Positions 11,555 to 27,538 of a DNA stretch of 64,000 nt are shown piece by piece; the stretch's first letter is position 1, and every line of letters starts with the position of its first letter. Location of the stretch: assembly GCF_009914755.1 (NCBI RefSeq), contig NC_060927.1; one strand, given 5' to 3'. The position numbers and the translations under genes were made by a program. This DNA comes from the human T2T-CHM13v2.0 reference genome, Homo sapiens. The notes beneath the pieces are model-generated. The model worked only from the letters and a program-made list of their open reading frames with translations, made no database searches and was not told the origin of the DNA.

Positions 11555-11973
11555 TGTCAGGCCTCTGAGCCCAAGCTAAGCCATCATATCCCCTGTGACC
11601 TGCACATACACATCCAGATGGCCGGTTCCTGCCTTAACTGATGACATTCCACCACAAAAGAAGTGAAAATGGCCTGTTCCTGCCTTAACTGATGACATTA
11701 TCTTGTGAAATTCCTTCTCCTGGCTCATCCTGGCTCAAAAGCTCCCCTGCTGAGCACCTTGTGACACCCCCACCCACTCCTGCCCGCCAGAGAACAACCC
11801 CCTTTGACTGTAATTTTCCTTTACCTACCCAAATCTTATAAAACGGCCTCACCCCTATCTCCCTTTGCTGACTCTCTTTTCGGACTCAGCCCGCCTGCAC
11901 CCAGGTGAAATAAACAGCCTTGTTGCTCACACAAAGCCTGTTTGGTGGTTTCTTCACAGGGATGTGCATGAAA
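11555..11973 (+). promoter_or_regulatory. 5' LTR7 (419 bp), candidate promoter/enhancer
   Basis: Two 51-bp-period U3 repeats, ACAAAAGA at 11654-11661, TATA-like ttataaaa at ~11836-11843, followed by the PBS. Confidence 0.9.
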
Positions 11974-11975
11974 TT

Positions 11976-11992
11976 TGGTGCCATGATTCAGA
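11976..11992 (+). other. Degenerate tRNA-His PBS fused to a deletion junction
   Basis: tggtgccatgattcaga versus tggtgccgtgactcgga, then an immediate jump to late-gag/pro sequence. Confidence 0.85.
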
Positions 11993-12176
11993 CCCCACTG
12001 GAAATCGGACTGTTCAACTCACCTGGCAGCCACTCCCAGAGCCCCTGGAACTCTGGCCCAAGGCTCTCTGACTGACTCCTTCCCAGATCTTCTCGGCTTA
12101 GCAGCTGAAGACTGACATTGCCCGATCACCTCGGAAGCCTACAGGACCATCACGGATGCTGTGAGTAACTCTCACA

Positions 12177-14230
12177 GTGGACGGTAAGTCCGTCCCCTTC
12201 TTAATCAATATGGAGACTACCCACTCCACATTACCTTCTTTTCAAAGGCCTGTTTCCCTTGCCTCCATAACTGTTGTAGGTACTGACGGCCAGGCTTCTA
12301 AACCTCTTAAAACTCTCCAACTCTGGTGCCAACTTAGGCAATACTTTTTTAAGCCCTCCTTTTTAGTTATCCCCACCTGCCCAGTCCCCTTATTCAGCTG
12401 AGACACTTTAACTAAATTATCTGCTTCCCTCACTATTCCTGGACTGCAGCCACATCTCATCGCCGCCCTTCTTCCCAATCCAAAGCCTCCTTTCCATCCT
12501 CCTCTTGTATCCCCCTACCTTAACCCAGAAGTATGGAATACCTCTACTCCCTCCTTGGCGACCAATCATGCACCCCTTACCATCTCATTAAAACCTAACA
12601 CCCTTACCCCGCTCAATGCCAATATCCCATCCTGCAGCACACTTTAAAAAGATTAAAGCCTGTTATCACTTGCCTGTTACAGCATGGCCTTTTAAAGCCT
12701 GTAAACTCTCCTTAAAATTCCCCCATTTTACCTGTCCAAAAACTGGACAAGTCTCACAGGTTAGTTCAGGATCTGCGCCTTATCAACTAAATTGTTTTGC
12801 CTATCCACTCCATAGCGCCAAGCCCATATACTCTCTTATCCTCAATACCTCCCTTTACAATCCATTATTCTGTTCTGGATCTCAAACATGCTTTCTTTAC
12901 TATTCCTTTGCACCCTTCACCACAGCCTCTCTTCACTTTCACTTGGACTAACCCTGACACCCATCAGGCTCTGCAAATTACCTAGGCTGTACTGCCACAA
13001 GGCTTCACAGACAGCCCCCATTACTTCAGTCAAGCCCATATTTCATCCTCATCTGTTACCTATCTCAGCATAATTCTCATAAAAACACAGGTGCTCTCCC
13101 TGCTGATCGTGTTAGACTAATCTCCCAAACCTCAATCCCTTCTACAAAACAACTCCTTTCCTTCCTAGGCATGGTTAGTGCAGTCAGAATTCTTACACAA
13201 GAACTGAGACCACACCCTGTAGCCTTTCTGTCCAAACAACTTTACCTTACTGCTTTAGCCTAGCCCTCATGTCTGCATGCAGTGGCTGCCACTGCTTTAA
13301 TAGTTTTAGAAGCCCTAAAAATCACAAACTATGCTCAACTCACTCTCTACAGTTCTCATAACTTCCAAAATCTATTTTCTTCCTCATACCTGATGCATAT
13401 ACTTTCTGCTTCCCAGCTCCTTCAGCTGTACTCACTCTTTGTTGAGTCTCCCACGATTACCATTGTTCCCAGCACGGACTTCAATCTGGCCTCCCACATT
13501 ATTCTGGATACCACACCTGACCCTCGTGACTGTATCTCTGTGATCCACCTGATGTTCACCCCATTTCCCCATATTTCCTTATTTCCTGTTCCTCACACTG
13601 ATCACATTTAGTTTATTGATGGCAGTTCCACCAGGCCTAATAGCCACTCACTAGCAAAGGCAGGCTATGCTATAGTACAAGCCACTAGCCCACCTCTTAG
13701 AACCTCTCATTTCCTTTCCATCGTAGAAATCTATCCTCAAAGAAATAACTTATCAGTGTTCCATCTGCTATTCTACTACTTCTCAAGGATTATTCAGGCC
13801 CCCTCCCTTCCCTACACATCAAGCTCAAGGATTTGCCCCCACCCAGGACTGGCAAATTGACTTTACTCAACATGCCCCAAGTCAGGAAACTAAAATACCT
13901 CCTAGTCTAAGTAGACAGTTTCACTGGATAAATAGAGGCCTTTCCCACAAAGTCTAAGAAGGCCACCATGGTCATTTCTTCCCTTCTGCCAGACATAATT
14001 CCTTTGTTTGGCCTTCCCACCTCTACACAGTCTGATAGCAGACCAGCCTTTATTAGTCAAATCAGCCAAGCATTTTTTCAGGCTCTTAGTATTCAGTGAA
14101 ACTTGTATATCCCTTACAGTCCTCAGTCTTCAGGAAAGGTAGAACGGACTAATAGTCTTTTAAAAACACACCTTACCAAGCTCAGCCACCAACTTAAAAA
14201 GGACTAGAGAATACTTTTACCACTTTCCCC
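12177..14230 (+). pseudogene. pol: HERV-H pro-pol remnant (protease, RT, RNase H, integrase fragments)
   Basis: ORF fragments GKSVPFLINMETTHSTLPSF (protease-like) and HYSVLDLKHAFFTIPLHP (RT); tttattgatggcagttcc = FIDGSS (RNase H); gactggcaaattgactttact = DWQIDFT (integrase); many stops and frameshifts. Confidence 0.88.
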
Positions 14231-14936
14231 TCTAAGAATTCAGGCCTGTTCTCAGAATGCTACAAGGTGAACAGGAGCCCATTTGATCTCCTGTATAGAT
14301 GCTCTTTTTATTAGGCCCCAGTCTCATCCCAGACACCAGATCAACTTGGACTGTGCCCCAAAACTTGTCATCCCTACTATTTTCTGTCTAATCATACTCC
14401 TATTCACCATTCTCAACTACTCATACATGCCCTGCTCTTGTTTACACTGCCGGTTTACACTGTTTCTCCAAGCCATCACAGCTGATATCTCCTGCTGCTA
14501 TCCCCAAACCGCCACTCTTAACTCTTAAAGTAAATAAATAATATTTGCTTGCAAGGCTATGCTGAACCTCCTTCAGCACTCTCTAATTAGATGTCCTAAG
14601 TCCTCCCAATTCTTAGTCCTTTAATACCTGTTTTTCTCCTTCTCTTATTCCGTTTAGTTTTTCAGTTCATACAAAACCGTATCCAGGCCATCAGCAATAA
14701 TTCTACATGACAAATATTTCTTCTAACAACCCCACAATATCATCCCTTACCACAAAATCTTCCTTCAGCTTAATCTTTCCCACTCTAGGTTCCCACACCG
14801 CCCCTAATACCCCTCGAAGCAACCCTGAGAAACAACGTCCATTATCTCTCCATACCACACCCAAAAATTTTTCGCCGTCCCAACACTTTACCACTATTTC
14901 GTTTTATTTTTCTTATTAATTATAAGAAGACAGGAA

Positions 14937-15301
14937 TGTCAGGCCTCTGAGCTCAAGCTAAGCCATCATATCCCCCGTGACCTGCACATACATATCCAGA
15001 TGGCTGGTTCCTGCCTTAACTGATGACATTATCTTGTGAAATTCCTTCTCCTGGCTCATCCTGGCTCAAAAGCTCCCCTGCTGAGCACCTTGTGACCCCC
15101 TCCCCGCCCCTGCCCGCCAGAGAACAACCCCCTGTGACTGTAATTTTCCTTTACCTACCCAAATCTTATAAAATGGCCTCACCCCTATCTCCCTTTGCTG
15201 ACTCTTTTCGGACTCAGCCCGCCTGCACCCAGGTGAAATAAACAGCCTTGTTGCTCACACAAAGCCTGTTTGGTGGTCTCTTCACATAGCCACGCGTGAA
15301 A
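14937..15301 (+). mobile_element. 3' LTR7 (365 bp), lacking one 51-bp U3 repeat
   Basis: Direct repeat of 11555-11973 with a single cctgccttaactgatgacatt unit. Confidence 0.95.
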
Positions 15302-15544
15302 ATGAGCAACTATCTACAAATGAATCCACTGTACTTAGTAAAAGTAAATTGGAGAATTTAATCTAAAAATTTTTATCAATAAAATTAAAATAAACAACAA
15401 AGAAAATGAATAAATAAACATAAATAAATACATTATTAAGCTGTTAAAATCAGTAAAACTAAGAAATATAGGGTTAAATAATTAGGAGGTGTAAAACTGG
15501 CATGCACACACACACACACACACAAAATGCTTCAATTAATAGTA

Positions 15545-15705
15545 GTAAAAAGAACAATAGCCAAGAACCAGGTGTTCATGCCAAATCTGGGACTAATTAT
15601 CTGCATGACCATGGGCAGTGCTAAAGTACATACGGTATTAATGAAACAAGGTGACCCATGATGACTGTTGAAGTGGGTATTGGTACCTACTATTCTACAG
15701 GGTTT
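15545..15705. mobile_element. MIR relic
   Basis: MIR core-like ctaattatctgcatgaccatgggcag...gtacctactattctacagggttt. Confidence 0.4.
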
Positions 15706-15715
15706 ATGGACTGCC

Positions 15716-15925
15716 AGCACTGTCCAAAAATATATAAGGTGAGCCACATGTGTAATTTCAAATCTCTTAGTAAGCAGTTTTAAAAGGTAAAAATAAATAA
15801 GTCAAATCCATTTTTAAATTATTTTTATTTAGCTCAATATACCCAAAATATCATTTCGACGTGTGTCAATAGCCAAATTTGAAGTGCTTTGTCATGGCTC
15901 ATGGTTACCACATTGAACAGCAGAG
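15716..15925. mobile_element. MER33/MER3-like hAT-Charlie DNA transposon relic
   Basis: cagcactgtccaa...gagccacatgtgtaattt...ttaccacattgaacagca, with decayed terminal inverted repeats. Confidence 0.7.
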
Positions 15926-16046
15926 TTCTATGCTACACGCTACTTTTATGCATGAGGAAAATGTTTTCCAGAATAAAAGAAGAAAGTTGACAAATGTGTT
16001 TACCTCTCTGCGTAGCTCAGTTTCCCCATCTATATGTTGAAGAAAA

Positions 16047-16192
16047 TGTACTGGCCATTATTATTAATTATTATTATTAATGACCAGTACAATAATTTAT
16101 AAGCTTCTTTTAACTCTATTTCTTATTATTTGTTATTATTATAATTGACCAGTACAATAATTTCTAAAGCTCTTTTTAACTTTATTTCTTAG
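16047..16192. repeat. Short hairpin plus 65-bp-period tandem duplication
   Basis: tgtactggccatta / taatgaccagtaca inverted pair; tgaccagtacaataattt at 16081 and 16146. Confidence 0.8.
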
Positions 16193-16559
16193 TTTTGTTT
16201 TGTTTTTTCCTAAAGTATTTTTTTTTCACTGCTTGGTAGAAAAAATGTATTTTTAAAAGAGAAATTTATTTATGCTCTCAGTGGGATATAACCTGAAAAT
16301 TACCACTCTATTTATCTAAGGAATATTTGGAGACAAATGACTATTTATTTATAAAATGATTTTTCTTCTGCTCCAAGACCAAATGGCAATATATGAGCTC
16401 AGTTTACACTTATACCACTGTTTTGCTCATTGAATTATTCCTTTCACACAATAAGATTTACTGCCAGCCAGTGCTAGACCCTGATGACAGATGGGTGTGC
16501 AGGCAGAGGTAGATTTGAAATACAAAGATAAATTATAATACATACTCAGTAAGGGATTT

Positions 16560-16881
<322 letters not shown>

Positions 16882-16966
16882 TAGAAAGTAAAATACCTTA
16901 GGTATTTTCACCATCCTTTTTTTTGTACTTAATAACTTCACAGATTTGTCAAATTTGTTCATCTGA

Positions 16967-17329
<363 letters not shown>

Positions 17330-20300
17330 TCATACCATCCACAACTTATATTTAAAGTGAAAATTCTTGCAAATAACTGTGTTTTAAAAAAAATTCAGCT
17401 CATGACTGACCAAATTGTTTAATTTTAATTTGTTTTAATGGCTTTTATATCTAGTATATCTACTCTGTTCTTGTAGTTCAATAGGCCAAGCTCACCAATA
17501 AATATGATTTTTGGCAACATTTTAAAGAAAAGCTATAGGTGCCTCAAAACAAATAAAAGAGATTCCCCATACCAAATAAAACAAATTTGCCTATTTGACC
17601 AATTTTAAGAGAACCTGATACATGAAAAATCCAGGCTTACTAAATATCATTTATATTTTATATATGTAAAGGTTATTTGTAATATTTAAAAAGTTAATAA
17701 ACCAAAAAAATTCCTGCTATCTTTTTCATAAGGAACTATTTCGGTACAATCACATAATAATTTTTTAAATACATTTGCATGAAATTACTTAGGGACCAAT
17801 TTATTACAATTTATTTATTGATATTATTTTTCCAAAATAAATAGAAACATCCGTACAAATACCTATTGAATTAAGTAATATATACCTGTTGAGAATTTTT
17901 TCCCCAATTATACTACAAGCCTGAGATACACATAGGATTAGCAGTTTCTTATCAGTCCTTTGAATGAAAAGTAAGATGTTTTTGTACACTCTATTTACCT
18001 TCTAGTTGTTACTTAAAAGGTGTGATTGATCTCCTTTTGTAGCTTTAACAATGTGCTTTTTAAACAAGAGATCAGAGTATGTAAAGTAATTCATAAAATA
18101 AACAGCCTAAAATCAGACAAACACAAACACGCGCACACACACACACATACATTTTCTATAAGTTTCTTCAGTATCACTTCCATGGGAGAAAAAATAATTA
18201 TAGAAACTTTTTGGACAAGCAAAAAATCATTACCATGAATCAATTGTTTTCTTTATGGTTTTCTTCTTTGAATCGGTTTATCTGGTCTTTATTACCTGTG
18301 AGCTTCCAGCCGTCTCATTCTACAACATTAATGAAAATAAAGAGCTATTTCCCTTAATGGGACTAAAAATCCATTGGCATTAACAGGAACAGAAGTCTTT
18401 CTGCAGTTATGGGAACAAATGTTTATTCTCAGTTACAGGAATTAAGTGTTGTTCCCCTGAATTGTCAGTCCTTTGAAGGAGGGAAGGTAAGAAGAATGTA
18501 AATAGAAAAGGAGTAGAATTGTATTTTTACCTGAAGTGCACATTGCTAGTTAATAGTTACAAGAGAGATGTAAATCTAAATGAATTAATTCAACAAGCAA
18601 CTTTTCCTGCCATCAGTTTATCCTCAAGCACCCCAGTGTTTTATCATACAAGCTCAGCATCTGTGGTGGTTCGTCTGGCAGAAAGTTTTCCTGGAGAACA
18701 TTTTTTTGATAGAAGCCGAAGGGGAAGCTGAAAATCCAGGATAAGACTTGGAGCTCTTCGCTCTCTTTGTAACAAATTAGGTGACCAAACAGTGGGTTAT
18801 TTTCAGATCTCGAATGTTCCAGAGGTACCCACTCAAAGGCAGTGGCTCTTTGGATGACATGCAACACTTTTGCAAGAAAATCGAGACCTCTGGCAATATT
18901 TAGATTTGTATCATTAGTACCTCAGGAAAAAGCTACTGAACACAGTAACTCTAGATGCAGTACCTACTAAGAACCAATTGTTCCAGCAAGAGGAGTAGGA
19001 TATCAAATAAGGAGTGACCTTCAAAACCCAATTTTAAGCATAATCCGTTATGGTCCCTAAACTCATGATTAAAAATATATTCAAGATTTTTATTAAATAA
19101 ACTCATCACTTCTTTAAAACTTTTCTGTACTTTCTCCTATACATGTTCTTCTCCTCAGGCATAAGGTGTACTCATTATTGCCAAGACATCCCTGAACAAC
19201 TCTCCCCAAAATGCCCCCTGCTCTCTATTCCAGCAAATGGAGTGTCTTGATACTTTAAAGCCAAAAGCAAAATCGACTTCTTCCAAAGGCAATCATGACA
19301 GATCTAAGCTACATGGAATCACATATCTAAATTTCTATAGTCTCTTCCACCTATTTGGCACTTAAATACTGCCTTAAAAGTTCAGTTTTATTTATTTCTT
19401 TTACACTGTACAGTCAGCACCATAAGGCATTATGCTCTGTTAAATTATCTTTGTACTCTCCGCAACACCTAGTATATAGCCTGGTCTCTATCTGGCATTT
19501 AATAGGCATTAAATGGATTTTACAAATAGAGAAAGGGAAGCAGTGAGCAGTAACACAATCCTTTATACTGAAATTATTCATCCGTGAAAGATATGAAACT
19601 AAAATGTAAATTTCCCTCTTATGAACTTATTTCTCTTTCCAATAACTAATGCTGTTTTCAAATACCACACACATTTTTGTATACATTGTTCAATTCTAGT
19701 CCCCACTTACAGAAGTGAGGCTGTTATTGTTGTCACTGATAACTGATGTCATTCATTTTTGATGTGATATAAATAAGACCCCTAAATTGTTATGGCAGAA
19801 TAAAGGAGGAAAAACAATTGACATGAAAGAAAATTGTTCACCTATTTCTATTTCATATTACAACATCATTAGAGGATAAAGATGCAGGGTAAGTTGCAAT
19901 AACTAAGTGGTAATGCAATTAAGAAGAAATAGCAACCAAATCCAAGAACTAGAGGAAATAACTGGCATAGCATCTAGTCACTCAACAAATATGTCTTAAG
20001 GATTTATTATATACTGGCCAATATGATAAACAATTACAAGATAAAATAAAAACACATATGTATCTCTTAAAGATCTCTAGCAGGAAAGACAATTTTTCAT
20101 AAATAAATGTACCAGAATATTGAAACCAAGTCATAAAGGAGTTTTAAAGAGCTTTGATGGTGGGCGTGGCTAGCTACATAGGCAGCTTGTTCTCACTGTG
20201 TTTCCTCATTTAACACAGCACCCAGCTTTCTGTGGGTACTTAATAACTACCAGTTGGCAAATGGATAAATGCCAGAGGTTGGGAGAAAGAGAAGAGCGTG

Positions 20301-20803
20301 TTATCTCCCCAGTAGCCCAGCAAGCTTGTGTGGATGGTGTGGGGGCCTTCCTAGCTGTGACAGCTACACAGTGACTCCCAGTGGTCACAAATTGAATCTC
20401 ATCTTTGATCACAGTCTAATATAGTGTATAATTTAGTACAGTATATTTTATATATATAATAATTTATGCATGTAAGATATCATTAAGTATAATTACTAAA
20501 GCCATAGGCCTTCAAAAAACTCTCATGCTCATTCTGTTGAAAAGTGAAAAGGTTTTCTACAAACACAATGATGTGAGCTAAATAAATAATAAGTTCTTTC
20601 CAATTCCTAAAGCTGGATTCTATGATTTTAAACTAATTTTCTAACATGACCAATGTAGTGTTAAACTTAACATTAATGAGAACAAACAGAAAAGACTTGT
20701 ATTCAGAAAACTACCTATTGTTTCTAAGCTAACAGGAATGCCTTTTCTAGTTTAAGACATGAGAATATTTCTCTGAGTTTTGCCTAAAAATTAGAAGGCA
20801 TTC

Positions 20804-20953
20804 GTGTGAGACTGCAGTGAGACACTTCTGTCTATGGAGAAAGAAGGCCCTCACTAGAACCCAAAGATGCTAGCAAACTGATATTGGAATTTCCAGCCTC
20901 TAGAACGTAAGAAATAAATTTCTGTTACCATAAGCCAAAAAATAATAATAATG
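20804..20953 (+). mobile_element. Retroposed MaLR (MLT1/MST-like) LTR 3' fragment with A-rich tail and 14-bp TSD
   Basis: TSD attagaaggcattc at 20790-20803 and 20954-20967; aataaa at 20913-20918; tail starts at 20937; MaLR motif ccagcctctagaacgtaagaaataaatttctgtt...taagcca. Confidence 0.8.
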
Positions 20954-23900
20954 ATTAGAAGGCATTCTTCTTAGAACAATTATTGGCTATATATGAGCTC
21001 CAAATTATTCCAATTACTTATAAACTATGTACATTCTTTTCCATCCTTATAAAGAAAAAGTAGAGTGGGTCGTTCTATTTTTGGCCATTGTTACATGGGC
21101 ATATCCATTAATGTGTAACATTTATCTGCCAATAAAAGTAACTATGTAGTAGGTCATTCTGGCATACTAGCATTTACCAAGTTCAGTTCAATTAAGAAAA
21201 CATGATCACTACCGACTATACACCAAACATTGTGCTAAGTACTGTAAAAATAAGGACGGTTAAGATGCCATACCTGCCCAAGAAAAACTTAACGGTGCAT
21301 GGTGAAGATAGACTTCCATGTCTTCCAGGAGGCAGAGGGAACATGAAAGAAAATAATAGAAACCAGCAGTTAGATACGGCATCATAGTTGCAATGTCACC
21401 CTCCTCTATACGTGTCAGACATACCCCAAATCCAGTCATTCCGGGAGCAATTGTCACCTTCAGTCCATTCACAAAGGCTTTGAAAACACCCTGACCATGA
21501 TCCTGTCGTTGCTATCAGCCATTCTTTTGTTCCTGCATATTAAATTAGATGAAGGCTCTCAACTGACATCAGACAAAGAAATCAGGCAGCTAAGGGAAAA
21601 GAACAGTTTGAACTACATACGGAAATCCATGGAGAAATGTCCTGTCAAGAGTATAGCTAGAAAATTCAAGCTGCAAGAAGCTGTATATTACTATGTAAGT
21701 GTCCATATCCCCAAATGAAAAAACACTACATGAAATGAGATAACACTGTCCTAAAACCATGATATATATGGACATCTGTTCATGTAGACTGACCCCTAGT
21801 GATATAAACTGATTGCTGCAGGGAGAACAAACAAGACTGTTTTTAAAAATGAGATAGATCACCCCTCTTCAAAATGTGGCTTCCAAAACATAAACAATCT
21901 AAGTGAGATTTGCAGCCATTATTGTCTTTTCTAGAAACTAAACAAACATAATCTACAACATTTATATGGAAAGAAAAAACAATTTAACAGAAGAACAAAT
22001 CTACCTAGAATCAATGAAACTATCTCCTTTAAATGACTAGATAGATATATGCTATTCTATGTCACCTCTGCTTGTCACCACCTCTGCGTATCTATAAGGC
22101 AGTATTTTTCAATCTTCATATAGGGTTGCAAATGACTTATAACAAAGATTTTTTTCAATTTTCAAAATTTATTTCAGTATGCCACAAAATAATTTCACCT
22201 ATAATTCTGAAATACTTTCCACAAGTAATTTGTAAGTTTCCAAGTAATGATATTAAAAGATATATCATTAATGTGTTGACTAATTCAGAATAAAATTGAC
22301 AATGCCAGTTAAAATAAAAAGCAATTTATTTCATATGTATTATTTGCTTCTTTTTAACATAAAACAAAAATTACATATAAAATTCAAAATTATGCTTAAG
22401 TTTAGGGACAGATGAGAAAAGAATATGTAAATTGTCTTATACATATAAAACTAGATGTGAATGACCTTTTCTCCTCCAACAATACAGAACATAATTAATT
22501 AAGATAATTCTTATTACAATTAAGGAGTATGGAATCAAAAGTCACCTACGTTGGTGAAGTAAGAGATCTCATGTGTATTTTCTCTTTCCTCCTATGTTCT
22601 TTCTTCTTTTCTCTCTTGGCCTCCAAAGGAGAAATTGAAAGAGCTCCTATATGTCAGACACTGTTTTCCTTTTTGCTTCTCAGAGAGAACTATTTCTATC
22701 TTTTGCTTTTCTGCCATCCACACAAAATAAGTCTAAATTACCTGTAAGGAGGCAGGAGCAGATAATCAGCCAAAGCAGGGTGTGGTGCCTAAAAACTTTC
22801 TTGTTGCATATTCTTATCTACTTCTTAAAACAGTTATTGCTAGTCCTATATTAAAGAAAAAGATACCATTACAGCAAATCACAATATATAGGCCATCTGT
22901 AAATTGTTCCTCCATGAGGAATAGATACTACAAAGCACTGCAGTTCATATAAATAGTAAAGGAGTCATAATTGTATAAAGTTCACACTACTGAAAATTAA
23001 AATCAAAAGAAATTAATTAAAGTATGCAAACCGTTTTCACAATAGCAGTTTTAACTTGAAACAATTCCGTAAACTCGGGATTTCTTGAGACCAATCCATC
23101 AAGAAATTTGTAAACAATGTAGCTTCTTTTAAGCTGTTGATATCCTGGCAGAGAAATATCTTTGAAGTTTCTCCTCCTCCTCTACAACTAAAATGCTCAA
23201 TAACTAAAGAAAACCAATAGCCAAGAAGAGAGAGAGAAGTTTTTCCTTTAGAAAAACTTTAGAGAGGTCAAACCAACAGATGCTTATTCATGGCAATAAA
23301 TATTTTAACATTCTATTAAAACAGCCCAGATCATTTTAGAAACTCAAGCTATAAGGCTTAGCAGTTCCGTATTCTATTTTATTTTTTTGCATATAATTAC
23401 GGAATGACTAGTCATAATTCTAGGTAGAATGACTGAAGTTTGTAAGGGCTTGGAAAGTAGGAAACTTGTTTCAGATGTATATTTCCAGAATACAGTTTAT
23501 AACACACTATCATTTCCAGGCCACTTGTACTAAGTTAAAGTTCACCTTGAGATTTTTTTTTCTTTTTTAGCCATCTGTATTATTCCTAAATAACTCTTAT
23601 CTTCAAAAGCACTTCAAAATCTATCTTGTTAAAATTCCATGCATATATTTTCTGATTTTTTCCAGTTTTGTTAGGAATTCTTCCCATAAACAACAGGAGC
23701 CAGCATGCAAGGTGTGCACTCAACAACTGAAGCTTCTTTCTTACAATGTCTGTTCATCAGAGAAATATTTTTCTCAGACTTTCTGATCTTTACTTCTTAT
23801 ACCAGTGTTTTGAAAACCTCTGGTCTAGTCCAGTAGTTCTCAGCACACACATTTCTACAAATGAATCTGTAACTCATTTGCAAAAATTGTAAAGTTTGAT

Positions 23901-25436
23901 ATTATCAATCAAAGAAGAGTTACACACACAAAAAAAACAAGCACAAATTCTCAAATTAGCACAAAAGTAAAATACTCAGATACAAAAAAAATAACAGTGA
24001 AGAGTTAAAAGGAAGAGGAACTATTATATCACATGTCCTAATTGCAAGTCCCACTGCAATCCTTTATTTTCCTTGTTGTATTTTAAAAACATATATTATT
24101 TATTTGTATTGAAGTAATGTCAATGATCTATCACAGCAAACAGATGCAGATGGAAAAACAGAAAATGTTCTCCAATTCACACTACAGAATGGACAAAGGG
24201 CTTAAGTTTAATATCCACTACTACGTAAATAAGTCTCTTAGGTACCCTTATGTTCTCCAGTTAAAAAAAAATCTTTAATTTCAGCATGTGGAAGACACAG
24301 TCACATTGGGCTGTTATTTGTAATAGGTCTTGCCCTCTCTCTTTCCTACAATACACCATAGAGTGATGAGCAAATGTATTCCCCTTACAGTTAAAGAGTT
24401 TGGAAATTAAAACTATCTACCCAGAGGTAGATAAGTAAAATCTCACTATATGAAAGCTTTCCAGATGTCTTTACATCCGCTTCTTTCCCTTAAGGCAAAA
24501 AGAACCAATGCATAAAACCCTGATATTTCAAATAATTCTCTTTCTGTCTGGCAGTTTTTCCTGCACAAGTCAGGGTCTGTGTTTCATGCTGCTCAGAGCT
24601 TTTTTGGCAGACTGATGTTCACAGTCACATGTATACTGTAAGGACTCAAACATTTTGTTTTTTCTAAACTCAACAACTACCAATGAATGTGAACTTAGTT
24701 GCTTCGACATGGGAAATCATAACACAGAAATTTCAATTAAGCAAACTCTTTTCAAAACAGTCCCTAAGGCCAGACTCTACAAGTCAGTCAAACATAAATG
24801 TCATCTCAATCATTCCAAGTAGGTTGCTAACACATGGAAAAATCTGCAGTAGTCAACTCTCTGTTTAAGCTGGATGACCTATCAAATAATGCTACCTCAA
24901 TAATGATACTAAAACCTAGTCTCCAAGAATTTGATATGTTTTATCTACTCTCTGCCACTCACATCATAGGTAGGACATACACAGAGTTAATATTCTATAC
25001 ATTTAGGAGAAAGCACTTCAAAATCAGGTGACAACCAAGATGACACAGCAAGGCACTAATGAATCCAGTACCACCTAGTGGAATGAGAAAGTTAATGGGA
25101 TGTACTAAACAAAAAAGAAGAGAGGATTCAGGAAGAGCCAGCAAACTTGCACAGGTGAATTGGGTTGACATAAGACTGTTATACCTGCTTTTCCACTGAA
25201 AAGGGGAAATTTGGGTTTGCCTGAGGAATTTTTCTGGTTATCTCCATAGAACTTCAAGCTTTGGGTCATGAAAAGAACCAATAAGTTTACTTCCATCCTT
25301 TATTTCCTCTTCACCAATACTCAGCACAATACATTTTTTAAACTACTTAATAAATATATGCTTTAATTTCATGTGTAATTCATCAGTGATTCTTGGAGAC
25401 AAAGATACTAGTGATTAGTATGGTTTAACCAATTTT

Positions 25437-27538
<2,102 letters not shown>

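Larger units (their letters stand above)
11555..15301 (+). mobile_element. HERV-H provirus, internally deleted (LTR7 - partial PBS - pro/pol remnant - PPT - LTR7)
   Basis: Two direct LTRs starting tgtcaggcctctgag; 5-bp TSD atgag at 11550-11554 and 15302-15306; PPT aagaagacaggaa before the 3' LTR. Confidence 0.97.

Noticed and set aside
18230-18950. Unique segment with short ORFs on both strands (18519..18731, 18613..18867)
   Set aside because: No recognisable protein motif or convincing splice-flanked exon; conservation cannot be judged without alignment.
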